Shown: piece by piece, positions 29,942-37,605 of the stretch
How the letters are laid out: each line of letters opens with the position of its first letter
Numbering within the stretch: the stretch's first letter is position 1
NCBI GenBank assembly: GCA_046861395.1
Contig: JBHHUC010000001.1
Coordinates: 39,846-103,845, forward strand
DNA length: 64,000 bases
Reading direction: 5' to 3'
Source: Fidelibacterota bacterium
GTDB taxonomy: Bacteria > Fidelibacterota > Marinisomatia > Marinisomatales > JABMOV01
The notes under the pieces: model-generated
The model's database searches: none
Told to the model about the DNA's origin: nothing
Seen by the model: the letters and a program-made list of their open reading frames with translations, nothing else
Translations under genes and position numbers: made by a program

Positions 29942-29982
29942 CCCAATAAAAAAGCCCTCACATCGAGGGCTTTTTTATTGGG
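29942..29982. terminator. Bidirectional terminator between convergent genes
   Basis: Perfect 18-bp stem: cccaataaaaaagccctc (29942-29959), loop acatc, gagggcttttttattggg (29965-29982). A/T runs on both sides give a U-tract in either direction. Confidence 0.8.
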
Positions 29983-29992
29983 AAAATCTGGT

Positions 29993-31780
29993 TTATAGCT
30001 GGACCTTGAGTTCCAGTGTTTCTTCTCCGCGTAGCACCGTTACGGTGACTTCCTGTCCGACTTTTAATTCACCGAGACGATACATATAATCATAAATATC
30101 CTTGATTTCACCACCATCAATGGCAATAATAATATCGCCCTTTTTCAACCCCGCCTTGGCAGCCGGACCCTCTTTTTTGGTACCGTCAATTTCCATTCCA
30201 TCGGCCGAACTGCCGTAGGAAGGAATTATTCCAAACGTCACCTTGAAACTCCGGCGACCAGTTTGTTCCTCTTTCGAACCCGCTTCGGTAAAGACGGGTT
30301 TTTCTTCCTGTTGGTTAAGGTATAGAGCTATATCATAAATGAAATTCAGAATATTCACTTCTCCATCCGCATTGATTTTTGGCCAATCGTCGGTAGGTTT
30401 GTGATAATCTTCATGAGTCCCGGTGAAGAAGAACATGACCGGCACGTCTTCGAGATAAAAACTGGCATGGTCACTGGGGCCAAAGCCCTCCTTGCTCATA
30501 TTCAGAGTCAAGCCGTGAGTCCGGTTAAATTCATTCAGCAATGTTTCGAAATCGGGCGAAGTACCCACGCCGCCCACAACAACCTTTTCATCATATCGGC
30601 CGATCATATCCATGTTGATCATGACGGACACTTTTTCCAGATCAATTAATGGATTCCTGGTGAAATACTTGGAACCCAGCAGCCCTTCTTCTTCTCCGTT
30701 ATAACACATGAGCAGGACACTGCGTCGAAGGGCGGAACGATTGGCGCTGAGCCGTTCTCCTATTTCAATGACACCGGCTACACCGGAAGCGTTATCGTCG
30801 GCGCCATTGTGAACGGCTACCGTATCAGGCACGAGCGATCCGGATCCAGGACCGCCATAACCCAAATGATCAAAATGAGCCCCAAAAATAATGTATTCAT
30901 CTTTTAACACCGGATCATTCCCAGGAATAAATCCGATAACATTCGGAACAGGCACCTCGGTACGTTTTAATTCTATGACAGCCGAGGCGGCGGTTTCCAA
31001 TGCCAGACTATTGGCCTTTTCCGTTGTATCAATTCTGGTTTGCAACGCTTTCAGAGTTGATCCGGTTTCCGCTAAAAGCAAATCGGCCACCGTGCGTTTG
31101 ACTTGCAGGGCCAGGATGCCGCTGTCGGAAAAGCGATGATTAACCTGCAGTGATTTTAGTTCTTCCGGTTCAAACTGATCTTGATAAGCGGACACGAACA
31201 GAACGCCGGCCGCACCATGATCCCGGGCCACCATGATTTTCTTGCGCAGGGGAGCATAATTGGCGTATTCGGAATGTGATTCTTCCGCCTTGGGGTCACC
31301 GCGGAGAATCAACGCCCATTTGCCGTCAACATCTACGCCCTCGTAATCATTCCAGACAAGGCTGTCTTCCTTAATATCAAAGCCGTAACCCACAAAGACA
31401 ACAGGTGCTGTTAATTCTCCGTTGGCGGAAAATGCCAGGGGAATATAATCCGTTTCTGGCTCAAGATTCTTATTTCCCACGGCGAATGAATTGGATGGCG
31501 CCAGAGAAATATCCTTCAGAAAATCAAAGGATTGAAAATAGCCATGGTCGCCCCCGGGTTCTATTCCGGCGGCCTTGAACTGTGACGCAATATAGTCGAT
31601 GGCGGATTGTGAACCGTCGGTTCCGGGAAATCGCCCCTCAAGCTCATCATCGGCCAGAAATTTAATATGTCCCAGTACTTCATCTGCCGTTACCGTTTCG
31701 CTTACGCCTGTGCGATGCTCTCTTAGCGGCGGATGAGTACAGGCGGCCAGTATGGCCAGGATAATTAGAAAATGTTTCAT
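29993..31780 (-). CDS. M28-family metallopeptidase with PA-like insert and C-terminal PDZ domain
   Basis: 595 aa with a lipoprotein-like signal (ILAACT). M28 motifs are FGAHFDHLGYGG, HNGADDNASG and YNGEEEGLLGS. The PDZ segment is GLKKGDIIIAIDG...VTVLRGEETLELKVQL. Confidence 0.8.
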   Translation of the reverse strand: MKHFLIILAILAACTHPPLREHRTGVSETVTADEVLGHIKFLADDELEGRFPGTDGSQSAIDYIASQFKAAGIEPGGDHGYFQSFDFLKDISLAPSNSFAVGNKNLEPETDYIPLAFSANGELTAPVVFVGYGFDIKEDSLVWNDYEGVDVDGKWALILRGDPKAEESHSEYANYAPLRKKIMVARDHGAAGVLFVSAYQDQFEPEELKSLQVNHRFSDSGILALQVKRTVADLLLAETGSTLKALQTRIDTTEKANSLALETAASAVIELKRTEVPVPNVIGFIPGNDPVLKDEYIIFGAHFDHLGYGGPGSGSLVPDTVAVHNGADDNASGVAGVIEIGERLSANRSALRRSVLLMCYNGEEEGLLGSKYFTRNPLIDLEKVSVMINMDMIGRYDEKVVVGGVGTSPDFETLLNEFNRTHGLTLNMSKEGFGPSDHASFYLEDVPVMFFFTGTHEDYHKPTDDWPKINADGEVNILNFIYDIALYLNQQEEKPVFTEAGSKEEQTGRRSFKVTFGIIPSYGSSADGMEIDGTKKEGPAAKAGLKKGDIIIAIDGGEIKDIYDYMYRLGELKVGQEVTVTVLRGEETLELKVQL

Positions 31781-31824
31781 TTTTTCCTCAAGTTAAGCCA
31801 AAAATATACGAAAGCAAAATGCCC

Positions 31825-32364
31825 TTATTTTGATTTTATATATGTTCCGATTAATTCTGTATTATCAATAATATGACCATCCATGGCCTGCATTAGTTGC
31901 GCCTTAGTGGGCCGATTGAGGTCCGGAAGAACAATATCAAGGGCATAAAGTTTATGAAAATAGCGGTGGGTTCCGATCGGGGGACAGGGACCACCATAGC
32001 CGGTTCGTCCCCAGTCATTCAAGCCCTCCAGTGTTCCTTCAGGAAGGGCGCTTGACGTCACCTGTTTCGGTAAGCCGGTAGACGCTGGCGGCAGGTTATA
32101 CAACACCCAATGCACCCAGGTCATTTTCGGCGCCTGCGGATCAGGCGCGTCGGGATCGTCAACGATTAACACCAGACTCCTGGCCGCCGTCGGGATTCCT
32201 TTCCATTCCAGGGCCGGTGAAATATCCTCACCCTGGCAGGTGTATTTAATCGGTATGGATCCCTGATGATGAAAGGCCGGTGATAATAATTGCATAGACA
32301 CCTCCTCCTTTTGGGCGATTAAAAATGACACCAGTACGAAAAAGGCAGATAACGCTCGCATCAT
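31825..32364 (-). CDS. YbhB/YbcL-family PEBP (Raf-kinase-inhibitor-like) protein, secreted
   Basis: I trimmed the 253-aa ORF to the MMRALSAFFVLVSF signal-peptide start at 32364, which removes the overlap with the upstream gene. PEBP motifs are LIVDDPDAP, GYGGPCPP.GTHRY.F.LYALD. Confidence 0.8.
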   Translation of the reverse strand: MMRALSAFFVLVSFLIAQKEEVSMQLLSPAFHHQGSIPIKYTCQGEDISPALEWKGIPTAARSLVLIVDDPDAPDPQAPKMTWVHWVLYNLPPASTGLPKQVTSSALPEGTLEGLNDWGRTGYGGPCPPIGTHRYFHKLYALDIVLPDLNRPTKAQLMQAMDGHIIDNTELIGTYIKSK

Positions 32365-32381
32365 GATATTCCTTTCCAGGC

Positions 32382-33047
32382 CTAAAGACCAAAACAATTT
32401 CCCTCGCGATAAAATAAGCTTACCCGTCCAGCCTCGAATCCGTTGGGCTGCAAACCCTCCAGAGACAGGTGTTTGAAGCCCTGATTCACCACCCAGTCTA
32501 TGCCTGATTTGTATTCGCTCCGCTGTGCATCGTCCAAAAGCAAGATGCCGCGTTTGGAGAGCTTTGTAATGCTCTGTTTCAAGCAATTCACCCGATCGCG
32601 ACCATCGATAATAATAACATCAAACAGTTGTTTATCAACAAGGATAGAGCGACAATAGTCGCCGTTACTATCTTCAGGACAATAGCGAACTATGGCGTTG
32701 GCGGGAAGTTCCGGTTGCAACTTTTCAATCCAAGCCTTATCTCCTTCCACGGAAATAACGGATCCGACCCGCCCGGCAAAAAACAACGTGGAATAGCCAC
32801 TGCCGTATTCGAACAGGGCAAGATCGTTGGTCAGGTGTTGTCGCAGCAAATCAATGGCGGGATAGTTCATCCAGGGCAAAGGTTCACCGTTTTGATCGCA
32901 GGGGCGATTCTGACGAAGACTTTCCAGCCAGCCGGTGGTATGTAAGTATGAGAAGGGAAAGCTAATAAAGTGACGTATCACAGATTGGGCGATGTAAAAC
33001 CTGGTCAGGTGTTGTCGCGCGAATTGAATGAATTTCTGTTTCAGCAC
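32382..33047 (-). CDS. Putative class-I SAM-dependent methyltransferase-fold protein
   Basis: 221 aa with a GTG start. It has a motif-I-like LFEYGSGYSTLFFA followed by VISVEGD and VIIIDG strands. Assignment is by motif only. Confidence 0.45.
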   Translation of the reverse strand: MLKQKFIQFARQHLTRFYIAQSVIRHFISFPFSYLHTTGWLESLRQNRPCDQNGEPLPWMNYPAIDLLRQHLTNDLALFEYGSGYSTLFFAGRVGSVISVEGDKAWIEKLQPELPANAIVRYCPEDSNGDYCRSILVDKQLFDVIIIDGRDRVNCLKQSITKLSKRGILLLDDAQRSEYKSGIDWVVNQGFKHLSLEGLQPNGFEAGRVSLFYREGNCFGL

Positions 33048-33145
33048 AGGAAGAAATTAAGGTGAACACGACAAAAAGGTAACACTACGATTCCGCTGCA
33101 AGATTCATTGATTCCGTTTCGGTCAACCGGCTAATTTTAACAATA

Positions 33146-33511
33146 ATGAACCAGGAAAAGATAACCATGATCATTTATCACAACCCTCGCTGCCGTAAAA
33201 GCCGGGAAACATTGGCCCGGTTGCAAGCGGCCGGTGTTGAACCGAAAATTGTTAAATATCTTGAAACACCACCAACCGAGAACGGTTTACGGGATTTGGC
33301 CCAAAAGCTGAATCTTCGTCCAAAAGATTTTATCCGGCGGGGTGAGGCCGACTATAAAACGCTGAACCTGAAGGAAAAACTGGATGACGACGATGCCCTG
33401 TTTCACGCCATGGCCACCCACCCGAAACTCATTGAGCGCCCCATTGTTGTAAAAGGCAACCGGGCGATTCTGGGTCGTCCTCCGGAAAAAGTGGATACGC
33501 TGCTGCCATAA
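33146..33511 (+). CDS. arsC: ArsC-family reductase (glutaredoxin-type arsenate-reductase-like)
   Basis: 121 aa with IYHNPRCRKSRETL (catalytic Cys context as in E. coli ArsC YHNPACGTSRN) and LIERPIVV near the C-terminus. Confidence 0.65.
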   Translation: MNQEKITMIIYHNPRCRKSRETLARLQAAGVEPKIVKYLETPPTENGLRDLAQKLNLRPKDFIRRGEADYKTLNLKEKLDDDDALFHAMATHPKLIERPIVVKGNRAILGRPPEKVDTLLP

Positions 33512-34011
33512 TGTCCGAAAAACCAATATCCATTTTTATCACTGGCGGGACCTTTGATAAAGAATACGATGAAATTCACGGCACTCTGTATTTTACAAAG
33601 ACGCACATGTCGGAAATTCTGGCTTTGGGACGAAGCCGGGTTAATGTTGAAATAACGAAACTCATGCTGATTGACAGTCTGGACATGACCCCGGCCAACC
33701 GTAATCTCATCCTGGAGCGGTGTCAGCAAACCACCGGCGATAGAATCGTGATTACCCACGGTACCGATACCATGGTTGAAACCGCCCGGGTCATTGCCGC
33801 CGCCGATCTTCCCAAAACGATTATTCTGACGGGAGCGATGATTCCCTATAAATTCGGTAGCTCCGACGGACTGTTCAACCTGGGAAGTGCCCTGGCATTT
33901 GCCCAGTGCTTACCCTCCGGTGTTTACATTGCCATGAATGGACGATATTTTGACTGGGATAAGGTGCGTAAAAACCGGGAAACGGGTATTTTCGAGGAGA
34001 TACAGAACTAA
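33511..34011 (+). CDS. Short asparaginase/glutaminase-domain protein (N-terminal domain only)
   Basis: 166 aa with the TGGT motif (IFITGGTFDK) and HGTDTM motif (ITHGTDTMVETA) of the asparaginase family. The start ATG overlaps the arsC-like TAA stop. Confidence 0.65.
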   Translation: MSEKPISIFITGGTFDKEYDEIHGTLYFTKTHMSEILALGRSRVNVEITKLMLIDSLDMTPANRNLILERCQQTTGDRIVITHGTDTMVETARVIAAADLPKTIILTGAMIPYKFGSSDGLFNLGSALAFAQCLPSGVYIAMNGRYFDWDKVRKNRETGIFEEIQN

Positions 34012-36245
34012 TTCTCAGCTCCGCCACGGAAAACAAGCGCCAGCGACAAGCTACGCCCGGGTCGGAGAATATCCCCCCAATCCAGATGTTCATGATAGGA
34101 GACATTTGTCAGGTTTTCGATACCCGCCTTCAATGAAAAACGTTGGAAAAAGTGTAACTCCCCCTTCAGAGCATATACCAAAAATCCAGCCGTCGCATTT
34201 TCACCCCCCAGCCGAGAAAAACGGGTTTGTTTTCCGGCTCCTCTGATTTCACCCTGTATCCAGAATGTTTTCTGTTGCCAGGTGATTGTGGCGTGGGCTT
34301 CAAACGGTGAAATCATGGGGATGTAATCACGTAAATCCACCAACCTTCCCACCTGAAAATTCATTCCGCCGGCCAGCACCCAGGTTGCATTAAGATTCAC
34401 GACAAAAGACAATTCGGCCCCGGTTAGGGTGGCACGACCACCGTCAGAAAATAATTTCCAGCCGTTGGCATAGCCCAGCGTTGTGGTCGTATCCATCACC
34501 GCTCCGACCGTGTAATGCTGGAAGCGGTAGCGAAAGAGATTGGTTGACAGATCGATCCGGTCGGTGGAAATATGATTGCGAATTTCAATCTGATAACTTG
34601 TTTCGACCGGTATGTCGGGATTTCCCAGGTAGAGATATCCGTCTACAGGATTATAGAGATAATAACCATAGGCTTCTGTCACGGTGGGTAACCGCTGTCC
34701 CCGCCCTGCAGCCAGCGTGAATTGATAATAAGTATTTACCCGGTGAATCAGGGCCACGTTGCCGGTGATCAGGCGGTCGGTACGGGAAAATGAATTATCC
34801 GGATAATAAATGCGTAGAAAATCTTTTCCCATGGCATGATGGATGGCCGATGAGTAATAATCATAACGCAGGGCGGATTTCAGAGTCGTACGAGGCGAGA
34901 TGGAGCGTTGATACACCAGATAATGTCCCAGATTCCAGCGATGCATATCAGGCCAGGTAATGATTTTCATGGGCGTGGAAGCCTGGGGATACATGACCAT
35001 GTCAGCATAACTGGAGTTCCAGAAAAATTCACTGCGGAGCGTCAAGGAGGATGATCCGTCCGGCGTGAATACCATATCCAAAAAGGATCCGGCGGTGCGG
35101 GTTTTTCCCGGCATATCCATGGTCATATTCATAAACCGGTCCCGGCGCCTGGAATCATCCATCCAGTGATCCACCAGGTTGCCATACACCTTCCATTCGG
35201 CGCGTGGCAACCAGGACGCAAGGCGGGACATCTTCAGAGTTAATCCGACCAATCTCATCCGGGCATATCCCACATCCATGGGCAGGGCGGAATATCCCAC
35301 ATTCCAGGCGTCGTCACTCACGATTTCCAGTAATAATCGGGCGGCACTACGAAACTGTCGTAGGTAACCAGCATTGATGCTGATTTTTTCATATCCGGAA
35401 AAGGGGATTGATTTACCGTTGGCCGCCGTATAGTCTTTCGCGGCACGGTACGTTCCGTGCAGTAATAGACCCTCTTTAGGCCGGCTTCGCTGCCAGTTGG
35501 CACTGAAACGCTTTTCCTTCAGTGCGCTGCGGATACCTCCTCCCAAGGACCAGATCGATCGAAGTTGTGGTGAGAAATCAGGATGAAGAAATGTCATATT
35601 CAACGACCCACCAACGGTGGCGCCCTCTCGGAGAGACAGGGAACCTTTCCCGATTTCCACCGATCCCAGGGCATCGGGTTCAACATATGCAGAAATCGGA
35701 TCCATGCGATCCGTACAGGCTCCAAAACTCTTCATTCCATTTATTGTCATATTGATCTGTCCGCCGGAAAGTCCCCGGATGACCGGTTCCTGCGCAAAAT
35801 TTCCCCGCCGGATCAGGGAAACGCCTTCAACCAGGGAAATCATGGATTCGGTTGTGGATAGGTTGGTTTTCTGAATATGTTGAAGGGCCCGCTCTCGCTC
35901 CCGCCCGAAAACCACGATACCCAGATTGGACTCTAGAATGACGGGTTTCAAATACCAGGCTGGCAGGTGGTGGTGTCCGCCCACTATTTCCACCCGTCGC
36001 GTTTCCCGGGCAAAACCAATCATGCTGACAACAACGGTGTACTGACCCGGCGGGAGGGAATCAAGACGAAACGCGCCATCGGAATTGGAAACGGCACCCG
36101 TTCCGGTTTCTAAAACAACAATATTTACTCCCGTCAGCGGCAGCCCGGTTGCAGCATCAAAAACAATCCCGGAAATGTCTCCCTGGCGGGCGGCGAGAAA
36201 ACCACCCAGCCACAGGAAGAACAGAGCCCTAAAAGTTGATTTCAT
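34008..36245 (-). CDS. TonB-dependent receptor with N-terminal carboxypeptidase-regulatory-like domain
   Basis: I trimmed the start to MKSTFRALFFLWLGGFLAA (ATG at 36245). It has a CarboxypepD_reg segment (GIVFDAATGLPLTGVNIVV), a plug (IRGLSGGQINMTINGM) and a long beta-barrel. Confidence 0.8.
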   Translation of the reverse strand: MKSTFRALFFLWLGGFLAARQGDISGIVFDAATGLPLTGVNIVVLETGTGAVSNSDGAFRLDSLPPGQYTVVVSMIGFARETRRVEIVGGHHHLPAWYLKPVILESNLGIVVFGRERERALQHIQKTNLSTTESMISLVEGVSLIRRGNFAQEPVIRGLSGGQINMTINGMKSFGACTDRMDPISAYVEPDALGSVEIGKGSLSLREGATVGGSLNMTFLHPDFSPQLRSIWSLGGGIRSALKEKRFSANWQRSRPKEGLLLHGTYRAAKDYTAANGKSIPFSGYEKISINAGYLRQFRSAARLLLEIVSDDAWNVGYSALPMDVGYARMRLVGLTLKMSRLASWLPRAEWKVYGNLVDHWMDDSRRRDRFMNMTMDMPGKTRTAGSFLDMVFTPDGSSSLTLRSEFFWNSSYADMVMYPQASTPMKIITWPDMHRWNLGHYLVYQRSISPRTTLKSALRYDYYSSAIHHAMGKDFLRIYYPDNSFSRTDRLITGNVALIHRVNTYYQFTLAAGRGQRLPTVTEAYGYYLYNPVDGYLYLGNPDIPVETSYQIEIRNHISTDRIDLSTNLFRYRFQHYTVGAVMDTTTTLGYANGWKLFSDGGRATLTGAELSFVVNLNATWVLAGGMNFQVGRLVDLRDYIPMISPFEAHATITWQQKTFWIQGEIRGAGKQTRFSRLGGENATAGFLVYALKGELHFFQRFSLKAGIENLTNVSYHEHLDWGDILRPGRSLSLALVFRGGAEN

Positions 36246-37041
36246 ATTGCACGGTACCCAGCGTGTCGCCATTCTCCGCGAAGGTGAAATCAATGGTCCA
36301 GTATCCCGTCATATTGAAAACGACGACGCCGGAATATTGTCCGTTTCCATCATATACGGGATTGATATTGCCGGTGGAACCATGCCCCATATCCGGCATT
36401 AAGGGATTCATGACAATATCCAGTCCGCCGACCTCCGGAATATTCATCATACTTTCTTTGTGATGGACGGTGAGAATAATATCATTAGTACCGGCTTGCG
36501 GGTTTTCCAGACCATTCAGAGTGACGATATAGCTGGTCTGATTGGAGTCGGCATCAAAAAATACCAGATCCTTTTTCATCATGGTTTCAGTCACAGTCAG
36601 ACCGGAAAACACGAGTTTATGGGTTTGACCGCTGCTTTCATTGATGACGACAAGAGTGTCGTCCCAAGTGCCCATCATTCCACTGGCCATGATAAAAACA
36701 ACCTCTCCCGTGAACAGGCCATCCGCATTAGCCATGACATCCGGATCTGTCACGGGGCAGGAATGTTTCATACCGTCCATGTTCATGACAGGTTGTTGTG
36801 TAATACGAGCTTCGGTGATGTTGACACCGAGGTTGTCATCGGTTAATTGAAAATACAGTGTATTGAGACCGACATGAAGTTCGGCATCAGAATACAAATC
36901 CAGGGTGATTCCGTTATCATTCTCTGTGCCGATATGGACCAGATTGTCGGTAGGATCTATCGTTGTGTTGTCAGAATCTTCACAGCTTGCCAGGACCAAC
37001 AGGAATCCGGACAGCAGGAAGGCAATAAATTTTGGTTTCAT
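36229..37041 (-). CDS. Met/His-rich lipoprotein with two YtkA/FixH-like modules (putative metal binding)
   Basis: 270 aa with a lipobox LVLASC. Two modules carry Met/His clusters: QQPVMNMDGMKHSCP...GEVVFIMASGMMGTWDD and VMNPLMPDMGHGSTG...GVVVFNMTGYWTIDF. Family call is from motif resemblance only. Confidence 0.5.
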   Translation of the reverse strand: MKPKFIAFLLSGFLLVLASCEDSDNTTIDPTDNLVHIGTENDNGITLDLYSDAELHVGLNTLYFQLTDDNLGVNITEARITQQPVMNMDGMKHSCPVTDPDVMANADGLFTGEVVFIMASGMMGTWDDTLVVINESSGQTHKLVFSGLTVTETMMKKDLVFFDADSNQTSYIVTLNGLENPQAGTNDIILTVHHKESMMNIPEVGGLDIVMNPLMPDMGHGSTGNINPVYDGNGQYSGVVVFNMTGYWTIDFTFAENGDTLGTVQYEINF

Positions 37042-37122
37042 TATACCTCCGGTTATTGATAGACACCGTTTCCACGGCGTCCGTGATTAATGGTGCGGCA
37101 ATCTGTGATTGCCGGATTCAGG

Positions 37123-37506
37123 TTAACCGAAGGTTGTTTTAGGCGGTGGGCTGGGGATTTCCAGAAGGGCGGAATGAAGGACGGCGACCGAACATCCGGC
37201 ATATTGTTGTGTCGAAAATACCGGTAAAAATGAAAATTGGTAATGCACGTCCAGATCAAGAATCTTATGAGGAGCGACTACTACCTGGGATGTTTTGGTC
37301 TGCTGGTGTTGGCAGGAGCAATCAACCGCAGCTATGGTCAGGGATTGATGGGAAGCGGCGCAAACCGCTACCGTATGACCGCAACCGCAGGTACAGACAT
37401 CTTCTCCTCCTACCATGATGGTTTCATGATGAGGAATGGATTGGGCGATCCATTGCACCAGAAACAGGGCCGTGATAAAAAATGCTATTTTACGGTATTT
37501 TTTCAT
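37123..37506 (-). CDS. Small Cys/His-rich membrane-anchored or secreted protein, function unknown
   Basis: 127 aa with an N-terminal hydrophobic segment, 7 Cys and 8 His, including CTCGCGH, C-x3-H and DCSCQH. It lies immediately upstream of the lipoprotein/TonB receptor pair. Confidence 0.5.
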   Translation of the reverse strand: MKKYRKIAFFITALFLVQWIAQSIPHHETIMVGGEDVCTCGCGHTVAVCAASHQSLTIAAVDCSCQHQQTKTSQVVVAPHKILDLDVHYQFSFLPVFSTQQYAGCSVAVLHSALLEIPSPPPKTTFG

Positions 37507-37605
37507 TGCTATTTAAGGCCTGGAAGTTATAAAACATAATGAGAAAATATAATATTTCGGAAGTGAGAAATGTTGGTCCCAATGAGAGATCGCGTGATAG
37601 GGAGG

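Noticed and set aside
32365-32586. N-terminal 74-aa extension of the PEBP ORF. The same type of extension occurs at 43619-43846 for the EEP gene, 55694-55765 for the reductase, 36246-36293 for the TonB receptor and 39859-39888 for the M28 peptidase.
   Set aside because: The extensions overlap the neighbouring genes, precede obvious signal peptides or Rossmann N-termini, and lack an RBS. Internal starts give standard architectures.
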